Source: Terriglobia bacterium (GTDB lineage Bacteria > Acidobacteriota > Terriglobia > Versatilivoradales > Versatilivoraceae). Taken from it: a DNA stretch of 64,000 nt. The DNA is taken from contig OX638355.1 of NCBI GenBank assembly GCA_951813285.1, positions 837,136 to 901,135 on the forward strand. The letters are read 5' to 3'. The notes below the pieces were generated by a model, which was given only the letters and a program-made list of their open reading frames with translations, was not told the DNA's origin and made no database searches. Of the stretch, positions 19,201 through 28,053 are shown piece after piece. The position numbers and the translations under genes are program-made. The stretch's first letter is position 1. Every line of letters begins with the position of its first letter.

Positions 19201-19878
19201 GAGCCCCCCCACCGACCGTTGCGAACTGACGGAAAACTCGCGGAGCGATTCGATCTCATCTCCGAAGAACTCGATACGGGCGGGGTTGGGGCTGCCCGGG
19301 GGATAGACATCCAGAATCCCTCCCCGGCGGGAGAAGGTCCCCACACCGGTCACCGGCTCTTCCTTGACGTACCCCGCCCGTTTCAGGTAGGCGATCAGCC
19401 CCTCCAGGGAGATCTCTCTGCCCAGAGCCAGTTCGGGAACCTGCCGGAAGTCGGGGAGAAACTCCGGCAATCGAGCCAACAGGGCCGTAGGGCCGCAGAG
19501 CAGAATATCCAGGTCTTGCCGGTGGATCTTCCAGAGGGCCAGGGTGCGCTGCTCCACCGCCTCGGCATGGGGAGACAGACCGCTATAGGGCCCCGGCTCC
19601 AGTGCGGGAAAGGTGGATACCCGCTCCCCCGGGTTCCCGGAGAGGCTGCGATGATAGAAGGCCGTGGTGGCGGCCATGGCTTCCAGGTCAGGCACGCCGG
19701 CGCTGAGGAACAGAATGGGGCGCTTCAGGATTCGATGCAGCAGAGCCAGGTAGGCGGGTTTTGCGGACGGGGTGATGCCGGACAGGGTGATCCGGCAGGG
19801 CGTGGAATCGACCTGACGGGGAATCGACTGGAGGAGCGGGTCCTGCGCCAGTTGGGTAAGCAGATGTTGGGTAGCCAC
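16300..19878 (-). CDS. mfd: transcription-repair coupling factor Mfd
   Basis: The protein has a UvrB-homology N-terminus, a Walker A motif GDVGFGKTEVAMRAA, the DEEQRFGV box and a TRCF C-terminal domain. The start is tentatively a GTG at 19878 to avoid overlap with the upstream gene. Confidence 0.9.
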   Translation of the reverse strand: MATQHLLTQLAQDPLLQSIPRQVDSTPCRITLSGITPSAKPAYLALLHRILKRPILFLSAGVPDLEAMAATTAFYHRSLSGNPGERVSTFPALEPGPYSGLSPHAEAVEQRTLALWKIHRQDLDILLCGPTALLARLPEFLPDFRQVPELALGREISLEGLIAYLKRAGYVKEEPVTGVGTFSRRGGILDVYPPGSPNPARIEFFGDEIESLREFSVSSQRSVGGLESVTPVPMREAFVDPGALREWSRAASERWSPGDYPAFFETQLVQASRGEHFQGFEFLHGLTLPLQMPFLDFAGDFVVVRDEPDELEEGLRHWWAEMAGDREALSRRGWPSLNPEDLFLSLAEVGERLEGRPVIDLQQLGTAPGQPPDLSLASSPSAGKTADGAVDSGSPAAADPPPIHIDCHTATLRKYHGDIASLARDLRQWLEAGVRLLFAQSSLGRAERLAEMLREYDLPVVSDFGAKDRPADGTPARITVVVGHVLEGFRHRSSGISVFGDEDVFDEVEYLSHPAPSRSRSGTFVSDFRELSPGDYLVHVDHGIGRYRGLKQIDRDGVNQEFMILEYFDEARLYVPLERMDLVQKHSSGESAHPPLDKLGGVSWKRAKARARKSIRDMAEELLDLYARRRIAPGYRFAANSHWHQEFEDAFEFTETPDQREAIRDLYRDMELSSPMDRLLCGDVGFGKTEVAMRAAFKAAFDGKQSAVLAPTTILVYQHYLRFRQRFTAFPITIEMLSRFRSPREQKAILERVATGKVDILIGTHRMLSKDIRFRDLGLLVVDEEQRFGVAHKERLRQLKKNVDTLTMTATPIPRTLHMSLTGIRDMSVIETPPRDRLAIQTAVLPFSRQVIQNAIRNELERQGQVFFVHNQVETIDSIAAMLGEICPEARLLVAHGQMKEKDLETTLLKFLRHESDVLVSTTIIENGLDIPLVNTMIVNRADRFGLSQLYQLRGRVGRSSRRAYAYLLVPPRQTLSGIARQRLAALKEFSELGSGFKVAALDLELRGAGNLLGGEQHGHVNAIGFDLYCQMLERTIRELQGQEVLPEIQTRIDLKLSVKIPPDYIPEENQRLSVYKRISSLKVDAEMDALREELEDRYGPLPEDVERLLQYMRVRRLAEKTLVQSMERDRQGIAITFHPRTPIPPHKLVETVSSVPGLSVGPGGQLRLRSAGVSQGEVLSSVQGLLGELAS

Positions 19879-19933
19879 ACCGATCGGGAAACAAGTTCGG
19901 AAGGCCCGGGGCTTGGCCACCGGGCCAACCCCG

Positions 19934-20425
19934 CTAAGCCTGCCGGCCGTAGCGGCGAAGAATGCGCTCAATGATTGCCGTGGAGGACTGCCCCTCCAGG
20001 TAGGGCAGGGGAACCACCCTGCCGCCGGCTGCCTCCACTTCCTGCCGTCCCACGATGGTTTCCACCGTCCAGTCGCCTCCCTTGACCAGCACGTCGGGAA
20101 GCAAAGCCGCGATCAGCCGCTGGGGCGTATCCTCGTCGAAGACCGTAACGTAGTCGACGCTGTCAAGCCCCGAGACCAGGCGGGTCCGTTCATCCTGGGT
20201 CAGGATGGGCCGCATGGCGCCCTTCAGCTCTCTGACCGAACGATCGCTGTTGACACCGACAATCAGGACATCTCCCATTTGCCGGGCGTGCCTCAGGGTG
20301 TCGATATGGCCGGGGTGGAGCAGATCGAAGCATCCGTTGGTGAAGACCGTCCGTTTGTTCTGCTGCCGCAAACGATCCCGTTGCGCCAGCAGATCCTCCA
20401 AGGCCAGAATCTTCCGCAGAGACAT
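19934..20425 (-). CDS. D-glycero-beta-D-manno-heptose 1-phosphate adenylyltransferase (RfaE domain II-like cytidylyltransferase)
   Basis: The sequence [33 protein letters not shown] matches the nucleotidyltransferase H/T-x-G-H motif. The protein is 163 aa. Confidence 0.75.
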   Translation of the reverse strand: MSLRKILALEDLLAQRDRLRQQNKRTVFTNGCFDLLHPGHIDTLRHARQMGDVLIVGVNSDRSVRELKGAMRPILTQDERTRLVSGLDSVDYVTVFDEDTPQRLIAALLPDVLVKGGDWTVETIVGRQEVEAAGGRVVPLPYLEGQSSTAIIERILRRYGRQA

Positions 20426-20593
20426 GTTGGAAACCGACGGGGAGATCGGAGGTAGGGAGCAGGGATAGCAGGCCGGGATTATAGCACAGCCCCGGTGCAG
20501 GCCAGGGGAATCCTGCGGGACTTGCAGGGCGGGGTCGAAGTGCTGCTATTCGACTATCGGACCCTTTGCAGGAGGCTGCTTCGGAAGGCGCCC

Positions 20594-21604
20594 TCAGTTC
20601 TCTGGCAGGTCCTGGCGACCGGCCCCCACTGGGATCTCGGCCGCCCGAAGCCGCATCCCCATGCGTTCCAGCAGATCGCGGTCCAGGTCGGCCTGGGGGT
20701 TGGGAGTGGTCAGCAAGCGTTCCCCCATGAAGACGGAATTGGCGCCGGCAAGCAGGCAAAGCGCCTGGGCTTCATCCGAAAGCGACAGGCGGCCGGCGCT
20801 CAAGCGCACCATGGCCTCCGGCATCAGGATCCGGGCGGTTGCGATCATGCGGACCATTTCGAAAGGATCCACGGCTTCCCGATCCGCCAGCGGGGTCCCT
20901 TCCACCCGAACCAGCAGATTGATGGGCACGCTCTCCGGGTGGGGATCCTGGGTGGCCAACTCTTCCAGCAGACGCCAGCGGTCCCGGGGGCTTTCCCCCA
21001 TCCCGATAATCCCGCCGCAGCAGACACTGATGCCGGCGTCTCGCACCCGCTCCAGGGTTTCCAGACGATCCCGGTAGGTTCGGGTGGTGATGATTCGACC
21101 GTAGAATTCGGGCGAGGTGTCCAGGTTGTGGTTATAGGCCGTCAGGCCCGCCGCAGCCAGCGCCTCGGCCTGGGGCTGCGACAACATCCCCAGGGTGCAG
21201 CAGGCCTCCATGCTCAACTCCCTGACGCCGCGCACCATGGCCAACACGTTGTCGAACTCCTCACCTTCAGGAGCCTGGCGCCAGGCCGCCCCCATGCAAA
21301 AACGGGTTGCGCCCTGCCGGCGCGCCTCCCGTGCAGACTCCAGCACCTGCTCCGGGTTCAACAGCTTCTGGCCGGCAACCTCCGTATCGTAACGGGCCGA
21401 TTGCGGGCAGTAGCCGCAGTCTTCCGGGCACCCCCCGGTCTTGATGCTGAGAAGCGAACACCCCTGCACCTCCTCGGCGCAGTGGTGCCGGCGGTGCAGG
21501 CTCTGGGCGCGAAAGATCAACTCGGGAAAGGGCAAGGTGTAGATACCCTCGATTTCTTCCAGGCTCCAGTCATGACGGATGGGGCTCGAATCGGGCTGCT
21601 TCAT
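20594..21604 (-). CDS. bioB: biotin synthase
   Basis: The radical-SAM cluster motif [11 protein letters not shown] and the BioB-specific C-terminal region are present. Confidence 0.9.
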   Translation of the reverse strand: MKQPDSSPIRHDWSLEEIEGIYTLPFPELIFRAQSLHRRHHCAEEVQGCSLLSIKTGGCPEDCGYCPQSARYDTEVAGQKLLNPEQVLESAREARRQGATRFCMGAAWRQAPEGEEFDNVLAMVRGVRELSMEACCTLGMLSQPQAEALAAAGLTAYNHNLDTSPEFYGRIITTRTYRDRLETLERVRDAGISVCCGGIIGMGESPRDRWRLLEELATQDPHPESVPINLLVRVEGTPLADREAVDPFEMVRMIATARILMPEAMVRLSAGRLSLSDEAQALCLLAGANSVFMGERLLTTPNPQADLDRDLLERMGMRLRAAEIPVGAGRQDLPEN

Positions 21605-21679
21605 CTTGGCGCTCTTCCTCGACTCCGGTTGGGGTCCCGGCCCGGCCGCGTCGGGCGTTCCTCCGGCCCGGGTGGCGGC

Positions 21680-23179
21680 TCAGGAGTAGATCTCTCCGTA
21701 CTTGGCCTTCAGGTAGCTCACGAAGGGCTCGGCCCTCAGTTCCTCGCCCGTAACCCGATGGACCAGCTCGGCGGGCATGAATTTGCGGCCATGGCGATGG
21801 ACGCTCTCTCTCAACCAGCTTAGCAGCGGCGAAAACTCTCCGCGTTCGATGTCCTCCGGGATGCTGGGTACCTCCCGCCTGGCGCGATCGTACAACTGCA
21901 CCGATATCAGATTCCCCAGGGAATAGGTGGGGAAATAACCGAAAAGGCCGTGGGACCAATGCACATCCTGGAGCACCCCCAGAGCATCGTTGGGCGGAGT
22001 GATCCCCAGATAGTCTCGCATCTTGCCGTTCCAGGCCTCCGGCAGGTCCGCCACCGGCAGGCTGTCCTCGACCAGTTGGGCTTCCAGCTCGTACCGCAGC
22101 ATGATGTGCAGATTGTAGGTCACTTCGTCGGCCTCCACCCGAATGAGCGAAGGCTCGACACGATTGATGGCCCGATAGAAGGCTTCCGGCGAGCAGCCGG
22201 CCAGCTGCCGAGGAAAGGTGCGCTGAAGCCGCGGGTAGGCGAATTTCCAGAACCCTCGGCTCCGGCCCACCAGATTTTCCCACAACCGGGACTGGGACTC
22301 ATGAATGCCCAGGGAGGTGCCGCTGCTCAGGGGGGTGCGCTCCAGGGCGGGGCTCACGCCCTGTTCGTAGAGGGCGTGGCCCGTTTCGTGGAGCGTGCCG
22401 AACAGGGCCGAAGGGAGGAACCTCTCGTCAAATCGGGTGGTGATGCGAACGTCCCGGTTGGAAAAAGAGGTGCAGAAGGGATGGACCGACTGGTCCTGGC
22501 GTCCGCCAGTGAAATCGAAGCCCATCTCCTGCGCCATCTCCAGGCCAAAGGTCGTCTGCTTTTCAATAGGGAAGCTCTGGCGCAAGACTTCATCCTGGAC
22601 GCTCTCCAGCTTTTGGGAGATGTCCTGCACCAGCGGAACCAACCCGCCCTTCAAGTCGGCAAAGAGCCGGTCCAGTTCCGCCGATCGCATGCCCGGCTCG
22701 TACTGGTCGAGAAGCGCGTCGTATCGTCTCTCCCGATATCCCAGGCAGTCGGCCAGCTCTCGCTGGAGATCCACCAGGGTCTGCAGCGTGCTTCGAAACA
22801 GGCCGAAGTCGGACCGGCCTCGGGCCTTCACCCAGACTTCCATCCCCAACGAGGTCCGCCGCGCCAACTCCTCCACCAGCGATGGCGGAATGCTGCGAGC
22901 CTTGTCGTAGTCCCGCCGGGTCAGTCGAACCAGGCTGGCGTCGTCCGAATCGTAGCTCAGGGCCCGGGTCTCGGAAGCCGCGTCTTCCAGCCAGGAATCC
23001 ACCTCCTCGGAGACGAAGCGTCCATGGGCGAGCTTCTCCAGGGTAGCGATCTGTTCGGCTCGCGCCGCTGCCCCGCCGCTCGGCATGTAGGTCTGCTGGT
23101 CCCAACTCAGCAGCGCGGCAGCCGCCTTGAGATCGGAAACCTCCGCCATCCTGGTTTTCAGTCGACTAAGCTGACTCAT
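21680..23179 (-). CDS. carboxypeptidase Taq (M32 metallocarboxypeptidase)
   Basis: HETGHALYEQG is the HEXXH motif and HESQSRLWEN is the M32 family signature. The protein is 499 aa. Confidence 0.85.
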   Translation of the reverse strand: MSQLSRLKTRMAEVSDLKAAAALLSWDQQTYMPSGGAAARAEQIATLEKLAHGRFVSEEVDSWLEDAASETRALSYDSDDASLVRLTRRDYDKARSIPPSLVEELARRTSLGMEVWVKARGRSDFGLFRSTLQTLVDLQRELADCLGYRERRYDALLDQYEPGMRSAELDRLFADLKGGLVPLVQDISQKLESVQDEVLRQSFPIEKQTTFGLEMAQEMGFDFTGGRQDQSVHPFCTSFSNRDVRITTRFDERFLPSALFGTLHETGHALYEQGVSPALERTPLSSGTSLGIHESQSRLWENLVGRSRGFWKFAYPRLQRTFPRQLAGCSPEAFYRAINRVEPSLIRVEADEVTYNLHIMLRYELEAQLVEDSLPVADLPEAWNGKMRDYLGITPPNDALGVLQDVHWSHGLFGYFPTYSLGNLISVQLYDRARREVPSIPEDIERGEFSPLLSWLRESVHRHGRKFMPAELVHRVTGEELRAEPFVSYLKAKYGEIYS

Positions 23180-23220
23180 TTCCCCCCGGCAGCCTGCCCG
23201 CCCGGACCAGGATTCCGGGC

Positions 23221-23254
23221 CCGGCGAGACTTGCGGGCCCGGAATTCACTGCTT
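23221..23254. promoter_or_regulatory. perfect 11-bp inverted repeat (operator-like palindrome) in divergent promoter region
   Basis: The sequence is ATTCCGGGCCC-N12-GGGCCCGGAAT. It lies between the divergently oriented M32 carboxypeptidase and flippase-like genes. Confidence 0.5.
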
Positions 23255-23461
23255 TCCCCTCCTCGGTCGGAGCGCGAGTATACCACAGGGAATCGTGCGG
23301 ATTTTCCTCGGCTTGTGATGTCCTCCCGGGCGTGGTAGGGTTGCTGCGCCGCGGTGCCTCACCCCCGCCGGCACGGCGACACCCGTCCCCAAAGCGGCCT
23401 CCTGCAGCGGCAATCTCAGGGCCCACTACTCCGGATGCTTCCGGACCCGGAATCGACCTCG

Positions 23462-24484
23462 ATGAAAGCCCTGCTCCCCTGGGCCGTCAGCCTGAGCCTG
23501 ACGCTTCTGGTTGGCTCGCTGATCTATTTCAGCGTTCCCGACTGGGCGCAGTCCTGGAGAGTGATGTTGCAGGGACGGCCGGCCTTTCTGCTGGCCGGCC
23601 TGGGGATGACCCTGCTGCACATGGGACTGCGTGCCTGGAGGTGGGGAGTGCTGCTGTCCCCCGTCAAGCATCCCCTGGCCTACCAGGGCCTCTTTTCCCT
23701 GACGGTTGCCAAGTACGTCATCAATCTGATCCCCCCGCGCGCCGGCGAGGTGGTGGCCTCGGTGGTGCTGGCCAGAAAGGAAAAAATACCGGCCGCCTCG
23801 GTCATCGCCACCTCTCTGCTGGAGCGGATTCTGGACCTCATCACCGTGATCGGGATCTTTGCGGTCTACCTGGCTCTTTTCTCCGGTCAGCACCCGCCCA
23901 ATTCCGAGCGGGGCCACGAAATCATGCTGGCCATCCAGAGATTTTCGTTGATCGGGGGCCCCATCCTGGCCCTGGCATTGCTGGCCCTAGTCTACCTTGC
24001 CGGGCGTCGGGACTGGACCGGAAGGATTCCGGGGCGGCTTTCCCGCATCATCGTTTCCATTGGGGATGGCTTCCGGGCGCTGCGAAAGGACGGGGAACGG
24101 GTTGAAGTTGCGGTGCTCTCCCTGGCTATCTGGATCACCATTACCTTGCAGCTCTGGTTTCTGGCCAGGGCCTACCTGCCCGACTTCCCTCTGGCGGGCG
24201 CGCTTCTGCTAACGGTGATTACGGTTGCGGGGGTCGCCATTCCCACGCCGGGAGGGGTGGGCGGGTTCCAGTTTTTCATGCAACTGGCCCTGACCCACTT
24301 CTTTGCGCCTTTCCTCTCAACCCAGGATCCGACCTCACAGGCCGCCGGCATCAGCAACGGCTGTTACCTGGTCTCAATGGTTCCGATCCTGCTGCTCGGA
24401 TTCGTTCTGCTCCATCGAGAAGGACTCTCCTGGAGCAGAATCTCCAGAATTGCAAACCAGAAACCGGTCCCTTCCGTGACCTGA
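23462..24484 (+). CDS. UPF0104/flippase-like membrane protein (lysyl-PG synthase TM-region family)
   Basis: The protein has about 8 predicted TM helices. RAWRWGVLLSP and YVINLIPPRAGE are typical of this family. The start is the internal ATG at 23462. Confidence 0.55.
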   Translation: MKALLPWAVSLSLTLLVGSLIYFSVPDWAQSWRVMLQGRPAFLLAGLGMTLLHMGLRAWRWGVLLSPVKHPLAYQGLFSLTVAKYVINLIPPRAGEVVASVVLARKEKIPAASVIATSLLERILDLITVIGIFAVYLALFSGQHPPNSERGHEIMLAIQRFSLIGGPILALALLALVYLAGRRDWTGRIPGRLSRIIVSIGDGFRALRKDGERVEVAVLSLAIWITITLQLWFLARAYLPDFPLAGALLLTVITVAGVAIPTPGGVGGFQFFMQLALTHFFAPFLSTQDPTSQAAGISNGCYLVSMVPILLLGFVLLHREGLSWSRISRIANQKPVPSVT

Positions 24485-24501
24485 CGCGAACCGCTGAAAC
24501 C

Positions 24502-25659
24502 TCAGGCGCTGAGGACCGCTTGCTGTTTGCTCCGGATGGAGGCCAGCAGCCGGTCAAAGGCGTCGGCGAACAGCTTGACGCCCGCTTCCTGCAACTTGAG
24601 GGTCACCGCGTCCATGTCGATTCCCAACTCCCGCAGCTGGACAAAAGTCCGGCGGGCAGCCTCAAGGTCCTCTTCCAGGGTGGCTCTCACCACCCCGTGA
24701 TCCCGGAAGGCCGCAAGGGTGGACAAGGGCATGGTGTTCACCGTGTCGGAGCCGATCAGCGTTTCCACGTAGAGCACGTCCCGGTAGCGGGGATTCTTGG
24801 TGCTGGTGCTGGCCCACAGCGGGCGCTGCACCCGGAACCCTTGTCGCTCGAGACCGAGGAAGCGGCTTCCGCCGAAGATCTCCCTGAATTTCTGATAAAC
24901 CAGGCGCGCATTGGCAACAGCGGCGCGACCCTGCAGCGTTCGGCAGCGTTCTCTCTCCGCGGCGCCGCCGGCTGCCGACTCCATTTCCTGCAGCAGCTTG
25001 TCGACCACGGAGTCAACCCGGCTGACAAAGAAGCTGGCCACCGAGGCTGCCGGGGCGGTTCGGCCGGAGGCCACCAGGGTCTCGATCCCCTGCAGGTAGG
25101 CCTCGGCCACCTGCAGGTAGTGTTCCATGGAAAACATCAGGGTGACGTTGACGTTGATTCCCTCTCCCAGCAGCTGACGGATGGCGGGCATTCCGGCCGG
25201 GGTCGCGGGAACCTTGATCATCACGTTGGGCCTGGCCACGGCTTTCCACAGGCGACGGGCTTCCTCCACGGTTTCCCGGGTCCGGTAGGCCAGGTGGGGC
25301 GAGACCTCCAGGCTGACGTAGCCGTCCCCGCCCCCGGTCGTTTCGAAAAGAGCCCTGAACTGATCGGCCGCGCCCTGAATATCCTGGATGGCCAGCACTT
25401 CGTAGATCCGGGCGGCGGAGAAGCCGGCCCGGGCCATGGTGCGGATCTCCCGGTCGTACTCGGTGCCGCCGTCGATGGCCTTCTCGAAGATGGAAGGGTT
25501 GGACGTCACTCCGCGCAGGCCATCCTCGGCAATCAGCCGCCGCAACTCGCCCGAATCCAGCAGGGATCGGCTAATCGTGTCGCACCAGACACTCTGACCC
25601 AGTTGCTGCAAGTCCAGGAGCGGACTCGTGCCCTTCCCGCCCAGTTTCCGGTTGCCCAT
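24502..25659 (-). CDS. tal: transaldolase
   Basis: LLDLQQLGQSVWCDTISR and SNPSIF are present, and the active-site region IKVPAT contains the catalytic Lys. This is the long-form transaldolase. Confidence 0.85.
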   Translation of the reverse strand: MGNRKLGGKGTSPLLDLQQLGQSVWCDTISRSLLDSGELRRLIAEDGLRGVTSNPSIFEKAIDGGTEYDREIRTMARAGFSAARIYEVLAIQDIQGAADQFRALFETTGGGDGYVSLEVSPHLAYRTRETVEEARRLWKAVARPNVMIKVPATPAGMPAIRQLLGEGINVNVTLMFSMEHYLQVAEAYLQGIETLVASGRTAPAASVASFFVSRVDSVVDKLLQEMESAAGGAAERERCRTLQGRAAVANARLVYQKFREIFGGSRFLGLERQGFRVQRPLWASTSTKNPRYRDVLYVETLIGSDTVNTMPLSTLAAFRDHGVVRATLEEDLEAARRTFVQLRELGIDMDAVTLKLQEAGVKLFADAFDRLLASIRSKQQAVLSA

Positions 25660-25755
25660 TGAAACCTCCTGCAGTGAGTTTCGGGGACCTCGAGCCCTCA
25701 GTTCCACCGACACCAGACTCTAATCCCCGCGCCCCTCCGACACAATCAAAAACCG

Positions 25756-27270
25756 CTAGCCAGGATCACACCCTCCGGCGAGAAATGCGGGCTCGGGAAT
25801 CAGCACTCCATAGAGCCGATCATGGCGTTCCAGCGCCTTCCGGTATCGTTGATGCCGATCGCTGCAGGGATGGAACCGCGGCCCCAGAGGGGTCTCCGCC
25901 TTCTCAATGCTGCCGAGATAACCCAAGGCTTCCAGGGCCAGCAAGGCGGCGCCCCGGCTCGAGGCCTCCTTCACCGCGGAAGCCACCACCGGCTGGCCCA
26001 ACACGTCCGCCATGATCTGCATCCAGACAGGCGATTGCAGAAGCGCCCCGCCGGAAGCCACGATCTCTCGATCCTGCGGGACCACCGGCTCCAGCAGCCG
26101 AGCGATCTTGGCAAAACGGTAGGCCACCGATTCCAGCGAAGCCCGCAGGATTTCAATGGGACGGGTGTGCAAACTCAGGCCCGTGACGGCTGCCCGGGCT
26201 TTTGACTGCCAACCCGGGCTGCGTTCTCCGGCCAGAAAGGGGAGAAGTGTCAGTCCATGGGAATCCGGCGCCAGGTCCGCCAGTTGGCGCTCGACAGCCT
26301 CCGGGTCCCTGTCCAGCCGCAGCGTCTCGGTCATCCATTCGAAGAGGAGGCCGCCGTTGCTGAGAGATCCTCCCATGACGAAGCGGCTCCGATTGGCCCG
26401 ATAGCACCACAACCCCCGGGGGACCGAAGGCTGTTGGGTCTTCCCCATGACTCTCATGGCGCCCGAAGTGCCTACCATCAGGGCCAGGCGATCGGGGGTG
26501 CAACAGCCGCTGCCCACGTTGCTGCAGGCCCCGTCTCCAACGGCTGCGACCCAGGGAATTCGACTCAAGTCGGGCCAGCGGCCGGCGAACGCTTGTCCCA
26601 GACCCGACAGCGGAGTGTCCAGGTCGATGAGGGGGGAAAGCTGGTTCCGCTCCAGCGGCAGGACCTGCAGTATCCCCTCGTCCCACTCCAGGCGGTCCTG
26701 ATCCAGAAGTCCCGTCCCCGACGCCATGGAAAGGCTGCAGCGGCTGACGCCAAACAGTTTCAAATAGGCATATTCCCCAAACGACATCCAACGGGTGGCC
26801 CCGCCAAACCGCTCCGGATGGGACCGATACAGCCACAGTAGCTTGGCCGGCAGGTAACTGGGATGGAGCGGACAGCCGGTGCGAGCGTGGTACCGGCTTT
26901 CCTCCACGCGGCTGCGAAGCTCCTCCGTGGCAGCCGCGCTGCGGGTATCGGCCCAGGAGTAAACCGGGGTCGATGCCCGACCCTTGGCATCCACCCCCAC
27001 CAGGTTGTGCCAGAAGGTGGACATGGCAACGGCTGCAATCCCCGCACGGCGGCGGCCGCTTCGGGCCAGGATCTGGTCGATCACCTCCACCACCAGCTTG
27101 AACAGGGCATCGGCGCCCACTTCCACGCCGCCATCCGGGGTGGTTGCGAACTGGTAGGGCCTTCGAGCCTCCAGACCGGGCACAGCCCGGCCGCAATGGT
27201 CATGGAGGGTGGCTCGAACCGAGGAACTCCCGGCGTCAATGGTGAGAATCAGAGGATCGTCAGCGCGCAT
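25756..27270 (-). CDS. FGGY-family carbohydrate kinase (gluconokinase/xylulokinase-like)
   Basis: LILTIDAGSSSVRATL is the FGGY N-terminal ATPase motif. The protein is 504 aa. Confidence 0.75.
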   Translation of the reverse strand: MRADDPLILTIDAGSSSVRATLHDHCGRAVPGLEARRPYQFATTPDGGVEVGADALFKLVVEVIDQILARSGRRRAGIAAVAMSTFWHNLVGVDAKGRASTPVYSWADTRSAAATEELRSRVEESRYHARTGCPLHPSYLPAKLLWLYRSHPERFGGATRWMSFGEYAYLKLFGVSRCSLSMASGTGLLDQDRLEWDEGILQVLPLERNQLSPLIDLDTPLSGLGQAFAGRWPDLSRIPWVAAVGDGACSNVGSGCCTPDRLALMVGTSGAMRVMGKTQQPSVPRGLWCYRANRSRFVMGGSLSNGGLLFEWMTETLRLDRDPEAVERQLADLAPDSHGLTLLPFLAGERSPGWQSKARAAVTGLSLHTRPIEILRASLESVAYRFAKIARLLEPVVPQDREIVASGGALLQSPVWMQIMADVLGQPVVASAVKEASSRGAALLALEALGYLGSIEKAETPLGPRFHPCSDRHQRYRKALERHDRLYGVLIPEPAFLAGGCDPG

Positions 27271-27271
27271 T

Positions 27272-27973
27272 TCAGTAATAGACTGCCCGTCGCCGCCGTG
27301 ACTTGCGATGTTTCAGGATCAGGACCAGGCCGGCGACGAATCCGCCGATATGGGCCCACCAGGCCGTGCCTCCCATGGAGAGATCCCCGCTCGCCAGGGA
27401 AAGGGCGCCGTTGAAGAATTGCAGCAGAAACCACAGCCCCAGGAAAATCAGGGCCGGCAGCCGCACCAGGTAAAAGAAGAACAGGATGGGGACGAAGGTG
27501 AGAATCCGGGCTCCGGGGAACAGCACCAGGTAGGCGGCCAGCACCCCGGAGATGGCGCCACTGGCGCCGATCATGGGAATGCGCGAGCCGGGATGCACCG
27601 CAATCTGCAGCAGGGCCGCCAGGAGCCCGCAAACCAGGTAGAAAAGCAGAAAGCGCACCGATCCCAGCCATTCCTCGACGTTGTCTCCGAACACCCACAG
27701 GTAAAGCATGTTGCCCAGAAAATGCATCCAGCCGGCATGCAGGAACATGGAGGTTAAGAGGGGAGCCAGGCCCGGCAGGAGCCCGACTTCCTGCCAGTAG
27801 CCGAAACTGAACATCGCCCCGGGAACCAGTCCGAACCGGTAGAAGAACCCTGTCAGCACCGGCCCGGAGCCCAGGGACAACTGGTAGACGAACATGCCCG
27901 CATTGACGGCAATCAGCAGCAGCGTGACCGCCGGAAAGGTCCGGGTTCGGTTGATGTCTTTCAGGGGAATCAT
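27272..27973 (-). CDS. rhomboid-family intramembrane serine protease
   Basis: GASGAISGV is the catalytic GxSG motif and HIGGFVAGLV contains the catalytic His. The protein has 6 TM helices. Confidence 0.8.
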   Translation of the reverse strand: MIPLKDINRTRTFPAVTLLLIAVNAGMFVYQLSLGSGPVLTGFFYRFGLVPGAMFSFGYWQEVGLLPGLAPLLTSMFLHAGWMHFLGNMLYLWVFGDNVEEWLGSVRFLLFYLVCGLLAALLQIAVHPGSRIPMIGASGAISGVLAAYLVLFPGARILTFVPILFFFYLVRLPALIFLGLWFLLQFFNGALSLASGDLSMGGTAWWAHIGGFVAGLVLILKHRKSRRRRAVYY

Positions 27974-28053
27974 GGCGTTTCCTGGGCGAGGCCGCCGAAT
28001 CCCTCCCCGGCGAACGGCCAGGGGCGGGGCGGCCTCCGGGACTCATGCCCGGC

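Noticed and set aside
23354-23461. A 36-aa N-terminal extension of the flippase-like gene (ORF start at 23354).
   Set aside because: The extension is Arg/Pro-rich and lacks TM character. The internal ATG at 23462 begins directly with the first TM helix, so the shorter gene model is preferred.
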